Below are positions 26,312 to 39,964 of a stretch of 64,000 bases of DNA, one piece after another (positions within the stretch are counted from its first letter, which is position 1; every line of letters begins with the position of its first letter). The translations under genes were made by a program, and so were the position numbers. The notes under the pieces are model-generated. The model was not told where the DNA came from. It searched no databases and was given only the letters and a program-made list of their open reading frames with translations. The stretch lies in the NCBI GenBank assembly GCA_951406725.2, contig OX597816.1, positions 145,514,001 to 145,578,000 of the forward strand. Direction: 5' to 3'. This DNA comes from Octopus vulgaris. Its lineage: Eukaryota.

Positions 26312-28129
26312 TTCTTAACAATGTTTTCATATTTAGAGTTGGAATTAGTAACAAATGACATAAACAAAGTGAATGGTATATTAAAGAAGTATTCGGTCTA
26401 ATTTTTAACCGATTCCTAAGCATTTAGACAGAGAAAGAAATGTCTTGTGCAACAAAGTTTTCAATAACCAGATCTCAGTTTAGAGTGACGAAAAGTTTAA
26501 AACCATTATACAAACAATAAATATTTATGTGAAGTCCAAAGTGTTGTGTGTTTCTGAACGGTGAATATGTGTTATCACATTCCAACCATTGTTGTTTCAA
26601 CACACGGTCCCTCATTGAAACACTTGCTATTCTGGTGCATCTCAGTAATTAGAGTCTTTGCTGCACAAATTTCAAAATGTTCTCAATCACACGAACAAAG
26701 AGGCAAAGAGTTAATTATTGTGTTCCGATTTAATAGTGCAATCAGAAAACTAATAGGAACACTTTTTAATCAAGCCGATCTAATTAATCATTGCACCTCT
26801 TGAAATGTTCATTAATGATATATGAACTTTTCATAGGTTTTCTTCATTTTAAAATTATATTCCATTCGAAACGCGCTAAATAACAGTTGTATTCTCTTGC
26901 GATACAATTAAGCAGGCCTTGTTCAAAATCATTTTACTCCAGATACATTGCATTCATTTTCATTACTTGTCATATCTTACAACTTTCAAGTATTTCCACA
27001 AAATTCCCTAACTCAAATCAGAGTGTAAATTTTGCAAGTGTAAAATGTATCTCAAAACCATTAGTGCTGTTGCTTTATATTTTAATAAGTAAGAGCAGCA
27101 CATTTTAATTTACGCCTCTATGAAGTGAAAAATGACTTTATTTTCTTTTTGGTTATTTTAAGTCTTCTTAATCGATGACGTCGTAATTAGCAGATTTGCA
27201 CGAGCATAGAATTAGCTGCAATTGTTTAAAATATATAATGTAAGTTTTCTTCACGGAAAATAGCTCTCTCCCTCCCGCTGGTTCTTTACTATATCTTTCA
27301 CTTTACGTTTAATACTCCTTTTCTCTCTATCCTTTCTCTCTAATTAAATTCCAAAACATCGGAATAGCAGAAGTGTCGTCACACAAAATAGCAATAAATT
27401 AATGCATTGTATATATCTTTACTTACAGCAGTTAAACAAACAAAACACAAACAAAACAAGCAAACAAGCGTAAAAAAGTATCTATTCTAATTAGGTTACT
27501 TAATGTAAAGAACTGGGTACTACGGATGCTAGACTTTAGTTTATTTCTAGAGTTTTGACGTACTTATAGTTATGAGTCGTGGTGATACATCACGTTATAC
27601 GTCTTCTTTCTCCATTTTCATATATTCATATCATAATACTAAGTGTCTTTTAAAAATTTATGAAATTGAACATAGCAGTACAGAAGCCAACCAATTGAAA
27701 AGAACTCTAATAATAGTGTGGAACAAAATTTTTATTATTGATCTTCTTTTTCTTTTTTTTTTGGGGGGGGGGAGGGGGCTTCTCACTAGAAATCAAAGGA
27801 AACGAATACTATTCTCTTCAAACAACGTTGTTTTTGTGACCTGGACGTCAATGTTTCGAGATTGAGCTATTTTCCATTATATATTAGACAGATTCAGCGC
27901 TGGGTTGTTGAAGCAGAATATCTTAGGATTTACTAGAAGTTCCAAGAACTTTCGAGAAGTTCTTAAAAGTTTAAAGAATTTCTAGAGCGTTCTGACAACA
28001 AAGACGGCAGTATAAATACAGGGATCGTAATCTTAAAAGACAAGATGTAGTCGATAGCTACAATCGTCACATGTGGAGTCAGGAGGTTGTAATCATCTGG
28101 CTAACGCAGATGTAGTCTCCGTCAACATC

Positions 28130-29820
28130 TGATAATATGTGTGAGGCCTACAAAGCATATTTCGGCATGCCTGTCGGGGATCTAGTCAAACCCTGGGCAC
28201 GTCATTTCACCGGTGAACTCTGCAGAGGTGTTCTAGAAGCTAAGATTGTACGTTTTGCTTGTTTTGATAGTGGAATTTTTAAGTGTAAGTGTTTTGGAAT
28301 TCTAAAAGATTGAAATATATTTTACGTATATCTTTTAAACATTGAAACATTAAATATTGAAACATTTAATATATAGTTTTCATCAACACCGGGAGAAATA
28401 TATTAGTATTTTTATACTCCAAATTTTATTTTTGTTCTTTTGGAAGATCGTATAGGGGGCAAAATAGGGTCATGAAATTTGCAATCTCACAAATTTGGAG
28501 AAAGCCAACTGACCACTTAAGCAATTGCTTCTTCTGCATGGTGGACTCTTCCGAAAGTCGAGTTGGCAAGGATGTGCTTGTCATCCATCATTCCATTTTC
28601 ACGCGGCTCTGAGCGCCCTGTACCCATTACTCCAAAGACAGAGGATCCCTCATCAAAAGAGAGCAGCGTACCACAAGCGGATAAAGTCGTTGATCCAGAT
28701 TATAGAGGAGCAAAAACCGATAGTAATCCAAAGAAGAATACCTCAACGAGATTATCAGAGATCTTGGTTTTATAAAGTCCATTGCCGAAATTTTGACGCC
28801 GTGATTCAGGAAGTGGAATTTGTTATAGGAAAGTGTGAAAGTTGCAGATCAGAGATATCGTCACCTGTATTTTTCAAGCTTTTTCACCCGTCAAGATGGG
28901 CTTTGCTTCAGCCAAAATGAGGCAATTGGAAAAGCTTGTAACCACGGGAAGTAGTGCTGCTTGTTCAACGGCAGCTCATTCTGGAGTCATAACAAGAACA
29001 TGTATCTATCTCTGAGTGCAGCTCAAAGAGGAATACGGCAGGTTGAAAATCTCGGTAGCAGTCTTGAAATAATCTGAAGTCGGGAGGTTATAGGGGACGT
29101 CAAAATGGTGGCCCTCCTGATAGGTCTCCAATGCGTCTTTACCAAGTTTCCGTGTTATCTTTGCCTTTGGGACAGAAGGCACATCGTGGCATACTACCAC
29201 AGGCAGAACTGGCCGCGGCACACCGAGCTGAATGTGGGGAGAAACAGCGTCAAATGGGATCCACTGTTGGACCCTGTCAAAGTTATGGTTTTCTCCACTA
29301 CAAATGAAATTCGGCCTTATGAAACAATTTGTCAGAGCTCTAGATAAGAGGTCTGCTGCCTTCAAGTACCTTCAAGACTTCTCTAAGTTGTCTGAAGCAA
29401 AAGTCGAAGTTGGTGTCTTCATCGGACCACAGTGCAAAGAATTCCCAAATAAGCTCACTAGGAAGAAGAAGGCAGCGTAAATCAGCTTTGTCGCAGTGGT
29501 TCGAAGCTTTCTGGGGAATCACAAGGCCAAAACCTAAGTAGAGCTGCTTGTTGAAATCCTGATAAACGACGGCAAAATTGACTGCAGGATGTCCCGCAAA
29601 TTCCATATCCTTGACGCTGATCTTGATAAGTTCAAAGAGAACATGGGGCGTAGTCAGCGGAGCTAGGTGAGCGCTTCCATTAGGATATATTGGACTTTGA
29701 ACGCCGCTATCAATGATCGTATAAAGAAAACATGATGGGAGACAATATTTAGGGGCAGATTCGTGAAATTAATTTATAGTGTATATAGTGTAAGCGTAAA
29801 ACGCGAAAAACAACTCACTT
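28130..29820 (+). pseudogene. Chapaev3 transposase pseudogene, probable intron at about 28240-28440
   Basis: AYKAYFGMPVGDLVKPWA; IWRKPTDHLSNCFFCMVD; GDVKMVALLIGLQ..FTKFPCYLCLWD; KFGLMKQFVRAL; GVFIGPQ; GERFH.DILDFERRYQ; many stops. Confidence 0.85.
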
Positions 29821-29974
29821 ATATATTTGCTAAGGCCTTTCTTGCGTTAGCGTAGAATAAATAAATGCTACTTTCGAATCACATGTCGTTTTGTTCCTAA
29901 TTTTCAAGAACGAAAATTATCACATTCGCCAGTTTTCCAAATGGGAATAGGTTAATTGCAGAAATATCGTAATA

Positions 29975-30135
29975 GCAAATATTCTGCTCAATATCACAGT
30001 TTTGCTCTTCTGTTCCATGGTCTTGGCCACTTGAACATTTTCCTTAGCGGCTGACAATATGTGCATCTCTGATCATGAGCAGAAGTAGTTGGGGATCAAC
30101 ATAGCTATTTGTTGAAAGGGGATTCTTTGGGGGTT
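29975..30135. repeat. Interspersed repeat fragment, also at 49735-49895, nested in the Chapaev3 element
   Basis: AAATATTCTGCTCAAT...GGCTGAC.ATAT.TGCA..TCTGATCA.GAGCAGAAGTAGTTGGG shared between the two loci. Confidence 0.75.
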
Positions 30136-31974
30136 TCCCTAAATATCGTAACAAAATAAAAGATTGAAGGAAATATTCAACATTTTCATACTTTCCAGGT
30201 GTAAGCAAATAGGAAATAACAGTTGCTACCCAAGGCCAAAAATCGTGTTACACGGTGTAATTCATATTCCACTGGTTGTGCACATTAGATTGGTATAAAA
30301 CTTGCACCCCTACTATTTTCAAATGTGCTGTCCTTCCCTACGTGTAATATATATATATAAATATGTTAGTATGGAGAATCGCCTTTCTTTTGGTTTTGTA
30401 ATTTAAATGTTGATAAAATAAAATCTAAAATGTGGTTGTCAAAAAGATAAAATTTCCCCAAACTTGAACTTAGTCTGCGCTAATATAACGTGATTTCATA
30501 ATATGTAAATGGAGATTTAATTTCATATCACTTACGACACAATTCTAATCCTTTAATGACAAGTTTCGAATGTTGTTTGCGTTTCGTGCATGAAATATTT
30601 AACCTAGTGCTTAAACTGCTAACATTATGCTGTAAAAACACTTAAACTTACGTCATCTGGAATATGTTGTATCATATTAGAAATGTTTCCTATCTTCTAT
30701 CGTGTTCCATTACGAACCTTGTTAGAAGCGTAACATAAATATGCAGCTGTGAATGTATATTAATCTACTATAAGCGAAAAGTAAATTAACTTTCTATACT
30801 ACAACAGTTACCCATAAACTAATATTCTAAAACTAAATTTTGAGTATATAGAGAAATTAGAAAGTAAGGAATTAGGAATGTTATTACGCATGTATGAATA
30901 TAAGGTTGAGATACCCAGTAATAACACCTTACTGAAGGAACTGTTTCTGGTTAAACAATTTTGATATAATCTTTCAGAGACATTTGCATGAACATATAAA
31001 TCCCTACCTGTAAAAATATTACGGTTTAGTATGTTGCAATGTATTATTAAGATTATTGTAATTAAGCTTGATTACTCTAATGCGATGTGAATAGGGTTAA
31101 TTGGAATAATAGCCTTTTGTCTTGGCATTACCCAATTAAATATCTTGTGTGTTAGCGTTCGGGAAGTCCCTACCTCTTATACTGAATCTTATTTTATTAT
31201 AACAGCTAATGATTTTAATATAAAATCACATAGATAATAATATGGGAAACCGGTTGAGAGGAATACGAATTCAGTTGCAACATGCACCTCGAGCTTCAGT
31301 GGCAGGAATATATATACTATGACGCTCAACTGGAAATTTTAGACATGGACAAATCTTATAATAATCTAAAAATTTTTTAATTTTTCGGAACGATTTTAGT
31401 GAAATAAAACCTTGTGACGAATTCATTTAGCCAGTCATTTTCTATTTTAAAACAAGGTATTACTATGCATGAATTAGCTGTGTATTCTATACATACAAAT
31501 CATTCTTATACCCAGAGACGACACTGTGTTAATGATTTAATATTTTGCTAGGCTATATCCTATGTATCTAGCTTCCGAAAATTGTCGTTCTACATCAGCC
31601 ATTTCAAATGGATTAGTGCACCCACAAACTGTCTTTCTACGCATTTTCCTGAAGGCATTTGCTAATTTGTAGTATGACACATAAAACTAATTTGTCCGGC
31701 TACTCCACTCTATCAATGTCATTGAAGATACACACGCGCGCAGCCACGTAGACACAAGTAACTCTCCTCATATGCATATACATATATACTTACATACATA
31801 CTTACATACAGATGTGAGAAGTGATGTGAGAGGGTAGATGTTTATCCCATATGTTTGCAGATCTTTCATGATTTTGTTAGTTGCTTAATAAATGTTACAT
31901 CAATATTAAGACGCATATTAAACAGGCATAGAGAAATACACATGCGTGTATACACCCATATATGGAAAGGTACA

Positions 31975-32400
31975 CACATGGAAACATACTAGTGATAGGA
32001 TTTTTTAACTTGCCTTATGTAAACTGGCCTACAAATACTCCGAGGAGAGGCAACTGCACTACACTAGATAAAGCAGCAGCAGAATTACTCTTTAATCTTA
32101 TGGTTGAATTTTTCCTGACACAACTAGAGCTCGAACCAAAACAGAATAAGACGATCCTGGACCTGATATTAACAACCGATTCTAGTTCCATTCATAACAT
32201 TTCATTTGAAAAGACTCTCGTCTTGGACCACGACATGATACTCCGCAATTTTAATTTCCAGCATATGAAAACCAAAGCAGTCACTCTTACTCCAATGCAC
32301 TTAATTGGCAACATAAACTTTCACAATGTAGACTGAGGAGCAATTAGAAAGGATCTGTCTTACATTGACTGATCCTTCACTCAGTCAACAGGAACTCTAA
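31975..32400 (+). mobile_element. CR1-like LINE apurinic endonuclease fragment
   Basis: ILVIGFFNLPYVNW...FLTQL..EP.....ILDLILT.....LDHDMI matches the GDFN/LDL/SDH motifs. Confidence 0.8.
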
Positions 32401-32538
32401 ACTGGAATGGACCATGATACCACAAAACTTGACATAACTAGGATTTAACAAATCCTGTCAGGTGGTGTTAGATATGGCCTGGAGCCAATCTTTGGTCGAA
32501 ACATATCAAGGCTATGTATGTATATATATATATATATA

Positions 32539-33190
32539 ATACAAAATGGGACAAGAACGCAAACCATCCGGACAGCTAGGTGATACAAAAAGGGACAACA
32601 AAACTTCCAGATAGACGATACAAGGAAAACAAGGACGGGTCATTTGAAGTTTTCTTTCCTCAGTCAAGCACCAGATTATCCTCGCAATTTCGACTGATTA
32701 TTCTTGAGATTGCTCCAATATGGCCGGCCCCAAGGAAAGAATAAGCTAAGGCATTAGATTCCTTGGAAGAAAGCAGCGAATGTATACAAAAACAAGGGCG
32801 GAAAGAAGGGACAATGTTACACAAATGTATACAATAAAGATAATAACAGGACATAACAACAGGCGTATTTCGACTAAGGACGAATTGAATTAAGCTGGCG
32901 CGTGTGGAAATGAAGCCTTACAATCGCAGGAAAGAATATCGATCTTGCACGGACAATTGTCAGACCAAGAAAGAAAGAACAGGCTTAGCCGAACGGTGGT
33001 CACGTGGGAATAGAAGAGAGAGAAGTAGAAGCAGAGGGACAGAAGAATTAAGGAGGTGCGATAGAGTAGCAAGTCCAGTATAAATTTTGGTGATTAGTAG
33101 AATGTATAAATAAATAAAATATACAATCAAAAGCCGTATGGTCAGTAAAAATAGCGGGGTGGATATAAAGATACTGGCAAGACAGTGAAA
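32539..33190. repeat. Unclassified purine-biased repeat starting at a (TA)n tract
   Basis: Internal imperfect repeats ATACAAAA.GGGACAA; abrupt compositional change; no protein motif recognised. Confidence 0.3.
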
Positions 33191-33194
33191 CTGC

Positions 33195-33790
33195 TCTGTA
33201 CGCAATTGTGCAATGTCGAAATATTTCGGTACTTTGGTTTTATGCCGAAGAAATGTTGTCGTATCTGGGAAGAGTACGGCTGTTAACCAAGTTTATAATT
33301 AAGATTATTCCACCGTCTTCTCTAAATAGGGAAAAGCAGGCTTGTTTCCTCTGTGTAGTAGCTACTGCGAAGGAGGTAGTATGGAAGATGCGAGTGAAAG
33401 GGATCTTGACAGACATTTTCATCTCCAGCCTTGGGTTGGTTAACATTTTCCTTTTCCACATGAAAAGAAAAATAAACCTGGAGAAGGGATGCTTGTCGCA
33501 CGGAATATTTTGGAAAAGATGGAAGAATGTAGCAAGTTTGTTGTGAGTGAATGAAACCGTTTGAGCAAGAACTTAAAAGGTCTACCAAGGTATTCAGTGT
33601 CGAAATGTGATTTGTTGGGACGGCCACGTCCATCACTCCATTTATCTTTATTCATCCGATTTTATACGCATTCATCATCGTTTTTTAATTATGTATATCT
33701 TCATGTTGTTGTTCCATTCGTTCCCCGACCCCTTGTCTGTCCTTGTGTCGTCCACTCTGTATTTCGACCGTAATGGTTAATAAAGAAAAG
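33195..33790 (+). mobile_element. L1/Tx1-like LINE 3' end (ORF2 C-terminus plus 3' UTR)
   Basis: QCRNISVLW...FLCVVATAKEVVWKMR...FWKRW C-terminal pattern; ends AATAAAGAAA. Confidence 0.75.
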
Positions 33791-34709
33791 AGTAATGCTT
33801 AAAAGGAAGATTAGTGACAGGAAGCAGTGAACAAGTTGTTGGAACTTCACACCTTGCTGCTTTTGAGGTATAACGTCGTATATTGAAAGACGTTGATATG
33901 GTATCAACTGCACACGTATCAATAAACACAAGCACATTGGCATTCACTTTCACACATTCATACGTGAGTATGAGCAAGTAACCTTTCATACATTTCTGCA
34001 TACTGGTGTTCTCAAGCAGATACATAGGAGCACACGCACACACACACAGACGCGCACACGCGCACACACACATACACGACACACGCATGCATCCCCTCCG
34101 CGCGGGCGCAAATAATATTTGTACGTCTAAATAAATACGTATTTATATATCTGCCTGTATTTGCGACCATTCTTTGACAAAAAAACTGTCTTTGTCCTCA
34201 TCTATTGAAATCTATTTCCCATTGAATAACGAGCTTTGATTGAATAAATAAATTCTATGTAATAAACTGAATCCTCTTTCTTTCCTTTCTTTATGTTTTC
34301 AAAACTAAGGATTTAATCTTTGGTTTAGGAAAATTTATGGCTTTATGTAATAATGCTGTCCAAAAAGTTAAGCAAAATATTTATTCCTGGCTTTTGTTGC
34401 TGAAGGTTGCCACAATCAAGAAATTTAGATGTGACAGAAATAATCAACAAATGTATATGGATAAATCAGAAGAAGACATGGAAAAGGATCAGGCTTCTAT
34501 ACATGTGTATACTTCTATATAATTTTGGGTATGTATGCCAATATCTCTCACTCGCAAGCACGCACATACACACACACACAGACACACACACACATGCAAA
34601 TACACACATATATGCACCCCAGTCATACACGTGTTTTTTATGTTTCATTGTAACTGAATATTTGGGAAATAAGAGAATTTTACTGGCCATACATTATTAT
34701 GCATGTATG

Positions 34710-34748
<39 letters not shown>

Positions 34749-35502
34749 GTATTTGTGTGTGTATGTGTGTGTTTGTTTCAACTCGGGAAAAATCAATATT
34801 TAAAAATGTTAACTGAGATATATCGATATACATGTGAAAATAAATATTGAAAAGTACATAAACCTGTAAAAATTATATTAAATGAATGCCTTATGAAAAA
34901 CGAATACATAACTCATACATGGACATCTATCTAGCTAACTGGATAGAAACACGCACAAAGACATGCGGTAATTTAAATCGGAAAATAAAATGATAATGAC
35001 GTGAATGAACAGAAGGAAAGATGAATGTCTTTGGGGTTTTAACATTTATATTTATAAAGAATGGAAAATGTTGGATTCCATGACATATCATCAGTCTTCT
35101 ACAAAATCAAGGTGAATTATCTTCGCCACGAAATGGAAATAACGCCCGCTGATTGTCCACTGAGAGATGTCTAGCGGAAGTAATAAAAGAAAAGCGTGGA
35201 TGTGGATTGAGCTAAGAGAAGTTCGCTGATTTGCCTACAAAATGAATATGGAATATTTCGAAAGTTAACGGAGATAAAAACTTTGTGCTATTGATGAAAT
35301 TCTGTAAGGAAATGCAATTCAAATGAGAACTGAAATACGATCATCTTGGAGTTATCATTTATGAGGCTGCTTTAGAATGTTGAAGGAATATGTAGGAGAA
35401 GCAGACAAATAGAGTAGGTAATACATGAATATATGCATGATCATACGTAAGGAAGCATATAAAGGCACAGGTATAATGCATACACAAGCAACAGGCAAAA
35501 TA

Positions 35503-35845
35503 CAGGGTATTTCAAAATATTTGATATCATTTGAGATGCAAATATCACGGAAACTACATAATCAAAGCAAATGAAACTAAACAGGATTAAAGTTGAGCAA
35601 CATAAAATTTATTCCTTGAAATTTGAATGATAAATTCAAAGGTATGTGGATTCCATGAACAATTTCACAAATGTTCAATATGCGCACCGCCTGAGACACG
35701 GCACACGTCAAGTCGGTAGCCCATCTACTCCCAAACACGCTGCAGCATGTCTTGGATAACAGTCTCCAGTGTAGTAGTGATTATCTGCTTGAGTTCCTGT
35801 AGATTTGCAGGAAGAGGTGGGGCATAGAACAGGCCCTTCACATAG
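35503..35845 (-). mobile_element. Tc1/mariner-superfamily 3' end with transposase C-terminus
   Basis: TA followed by CAGGG terminus; reverse complement encodes YAPPLPANLQELKQII...DMLQRVWE*MGYRLDVCRVSGGAHIEHL. Confidence 0.8.
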
Positions 35846-37099
35846 CCTTATGCTTACACTTTCGCTTGTCATCTGCCGTTATGGCCTGAACGAGCTGCAG
35901 ATTATTTCCTCAGGATGCGCCTTACTGTCTTTGGAGGGATCTGGGTTTCCAGACTTGTTCTACTTATGGGCTTCTTGAGGATTCACAAGTGATTTTAAGC
36001 CTTTGCCGCCTTGTTTTGTTCTATGTAGAGGCGGTGTATGTCACTGTTGATGTGGAGGTTGTGCACTTGTTAGTATCTTGCGGGTTTTCACATCAATCGC
36101 TCTGTGTGTGTTTGAGTGCGTTTGTGAGTGTGTTTGTGTGTGTCTGGGAAAGAAAGAGAGAGAGGGAGAGAGAGGGTGAGAGGGAGAGAGAGAGAGAGTG
36201 TGTGTGTGTGTGTGCAGAACTGTTGCTGCGGTCTTCATTTTAAACATATGGAGTGAGAGAAGAGAAGCTATATTAAGTTGTTCTTTTTAATGTTAGAAAA
36301 ATATTGGGCACTGTATTATTGGTAAGATTTTAAGCTAGCTAATTATGAAATTTATCAGCTATTGTGGTCAGCGGATTAAAAAATAGCATACATTTCTACC
36401 TTGTTTTAGCTGTTCTTATGATATATATTCACTGAATGTTAAGTATATCCAATCATTGATATTATCCATTTGTGTTTTCTTCGGTTTCCTTTCATCTCTT
36501 CCCATAAATTTTCTTTTATGAACCACTTGAAAGTTAGTAATGTCGATCATCTCACTCAGATGTAAAGTAATAGAATACGTTAATCAAATAAGGAAAATGT
36601 GTGTTGATTTTAGGATTTATGACTTTATAAACATAGATTTGCTACAATTTTCATTATCATACGGGTTTTCGTATATTTCTCGTCGGTTGTACACAACGAG
36701 ATTGGGAGTGGTCACCATTTACAATATTATGTACTTATTCTTTCTATATTAATCATATTCATTTAGGCGTCGGTAATTTATCTCTGTACTTGTAAAATGC
36801 TTGAAATACTTTCAATATTGTTGTCTTTCAGTGTAAAATTTAGAATTTTTTTAATGTTACATATGAATTTTTAATATTCTTATGTGTGTTTGTTTTCTTC
36901 TATTGTTTGGGAATTTATACATGAGATATCAGATTCCTTTTGCTAAAACCTTTTTCTTGATTTCGAAGAAAATTTTTGATTATGAAATAGCATGCATTTG
37001 ATATAAGTGTAATATGTGAAATCGCGATTTCCTGAGGAGTTATTTCAAAGAACTTCATAAATTGGTGAGGCAGATAGCTAATACGTTAAATAGATATTT

Positions 37100-38225
37100 T
37101 ACCCTCCTTCATATAACTGTTTGCAAAAGGGTAAAACTACTCTCATTGGAAAGCGTCAAATACTATCTTGCCTCCTAAGAAGGTTGATAAAGAAGATTTA
37201 AAAGAAGCTAACACACTATATGCTATGTGTCGTACCAATATAAGATGTTTACAAAGGTCATAGTCACCGGACTATCAAATTATAGCTCATAAAATGAGCG
37301 AACGAACTTAAGCTTCCTCTGCATATCACTTTTATTGATTACGAAAATGATTTCGATAGCGTCAAGATGAACACAGGATTGAAATCACAGAGTCGAGGCG
37401 AAATACAGGAAACTGCTCAAAGATGAACTCTGGATGCACAACAGATATAGCTCTGCGCTTATAACTAGTAAGGATATCAATTGGAAAGGGTTTCAAGCAA
37501 GGAGATATCATCTCTCCTTGGGCAGATGGCATGAATATCAATGGCGAACAACTACCACACCGTCTATTCACAGGTGACATTGTTGTCAACGCTAAAATAC
37601 AGACCAGCTGTAGACCATGGTGACAGTGCTTGACACACAGAGCTTGGCAGCAGGACTTAAAATGAGCCGTACAAAAGCAAAATATATGGGGTTAGAAGAC
37701 TTAGCACGAGGCCGAATAGATATGGGAAATGATGACATCGAGGAGGTAAATGTGTACGTTTACTGCAGGCAAACAGTGAATATGCGTCGTGGTATGGTTG
37801 CTGAAATCTCAAAGAGATAAAGGAAGGCTTGAAGGCCTTTAATTCAATAAAGGACGTACTCAAAATAAAATTAGATATTATCATACATGACAAACTCATC
37901 AATAGCAGCCTCCTGCATGTACTCTTATGTGCACGTGAGACATGGGCCATTACGAAGAGGATAGGAAATCATATCACTACGACGCAAAGTGGCAGGGGCA
38001 AATCGATGCCAGGAATATCATTAAGGGAGCATATAATAAATGAGATAATTCGAGACGGGAACAGAATGAAAGATGTGATGGCAGAGTATCGAAATCTCAA
38101 GTTTCGTATGGCTGGACATGCTGCGAAGCTCACAGACAACGTGTAGTTGCTGAGTGTATCCAAGAAAAAGCCACTTGGAAAACCTCTAGAACGATGGGAA
38201 GCAGCCTTGGTCAAGATAGATAAGA
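37100..38225 (+). mobile_element. RTE-like LINE reverse transcriptase remnant
   Basis: FIDYENDFDSV, GKGFKQGDIISP, GMNINGEQLPHRLFTGDIV, GLKMSRTKAKYM, LLCARETWA, KFRMAGHAA motifs. Confidence 0.85.
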
Positions 38226-38409
38226 ATGGTGCAATCACGCATACACACAAACACACACACACACACATACATACATCACAGAATATATGTATGTAGGTAT
38301 ATTTTCCCCTCTGAAGATATTATATTCAGATCATATGAATTTGATCTTTAATCAATTCAATGAGTATTAACTGAAACAGCTGTAAAGGATGATGATTGAT
38401 TCTTTGTTT

Positions 38410-38560
38410 ACGACCTCGTAACCTACTGGTTCGGCAAAAGAGATCGATAGAATAAGTACTAGGCTTATATACAATAAGTCCTGGAGTCGATTTGCTCGAC
38501 TAAAAGAGGTGCTCCAGCATGGCAGCAATCAAATGACTGAAACAAGTAAAAGAATAAATG
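38410..38560 (+). mobile_element. SINE family A 3' part
   Basis: GGTTCGGCAAAAGAGATCGATAGAATAAGTACT...GACTGAAACAAGTAAAAGAATAAA. Confidence 0.85.
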
Positions 38561-38854
38561 AATACATATATATTTATGAAACAAATGTTTTGATTGTGAT
38601 ACTGAGTGTATTTAATAACACATATTCAGCCATGTCTGTCATACATACACACGCGCACACGAGCGCACCAGTGCACAAACCTATGAATGAATTAGTGATC
38701 TATGTACATAAAAGTAATTTTTTTTTTAAATTGAGAGTGACATTGAAATTTCCAGCGAATTTCATATCAATGTTTAATGTAATAAATGAAATTAATTGCT
38801 ATAAATGTATGAATGAAACAAATATAACAGGCCTAGTGGAACAAGTGAAACAGC

Positions 38855-38887
38855 ATACACACACATATGTATGTTTTATATATGTAA

Positions 38888-38924
<37 letters not shown>

Positions 38925-38955
38925 CACACATGTACTTATATATATGTACATCTAT

Positions 38956-38996
<41 letters not shown>

Positions 38997-39026
38997 TAAA
39001 TATATGTGTGTGTACATATCTATCTA

Positions 39027-39123
<97 letters not shown>

Positions 39124-39125
39124 CA
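38855..39125. repeat. Compound (TA)n/(TG)n/(AG)n microsatellite
   Basis: Directly visible; it accounts for the spurious 212-aa ORF. Confidence 0.95.
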
Positions 39126-39783
39126 AGAAAGCGATATATGTATATAAGACACACAAATTAATGAGCAAAAATACTACATATCACAAAATTAATATTTAAA
39201 AAAGAACTACCCAAAAATCTACAAATAATGTTGTTTATCTAACAATGAAGGAAAAAAAATATCTACCAAATGAGTTTAGAAAAATGCATGAATTTTTTTT
39301 AAGCATATGAAATTTGAAAACAAAAAATAACACTTTTTCTTCTGACAAGCTGGCAAAATTCTATATTATACATATATTTAATTTTCATCACTGTACTTCT
39401 ACGAATAGACCAGATAAAAAGTTATCTAGGTAAAAAGAGATAGGTTCGTTTTAATATATAGTAAGATTAGAGTTTTAAATATAAGATATCAAAAACTCTA
39501 TACCGCCAGTGAAGTAAGATAAGGTTGAAATGATATACGATGCTCGTTCCCTTTGCTCTAACAATAAATAATAAAACGAACAACTCTGTAAAAGGAAGTA
39601 TATGCTGGAAACATAAAAAAGCCTACAACACAATAGCTAAAAATTAGGTTGTATGATAAAAAGGAAGTCGCTGGAAAATTATTTCATTAAAAAAGCATAC
39701 GGACGCTAGCCAGATATTTTGTCTGAATGTTATTGCAAGAGATAACACGCACACACACACACACACACACACGCGCACACACA

Positions 39784-39834
<51 letters not shown>

Positions 39835-39964
39835 GCACGCAAAAATGTATGTAGGCAACACGCACGCACCCCCTCCCACACATAAATATGGTGTTCCGAA
39901 TAATAAATTAGAAATATCCATCTTCCGCTTCGATAGAGACTGCCTAACATAACTTTAATTCACA

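Larger units (their letters stand above)
27714..30257 (+). mobile_element. Chapaev3-type (CMC) DNA transposon, near full length, inactive
   Basis: Right end ...AATCGTGTTACACGGTG then TAA; degenerate left end TAA then TAGTGTGGAACAAAATTTTT; internal transposase motifs. Confidence 0.8.

Noticed and set aside
38509-39147. Longest ORF in the track (212 aa) and similar [12 protein letters not shown] ORFs (e.g. 4908-5469, 58574-59078)
   Set aside because: Translations of SINE and dinucleotide microsatellite sequence that lack stops only because of low complexity.
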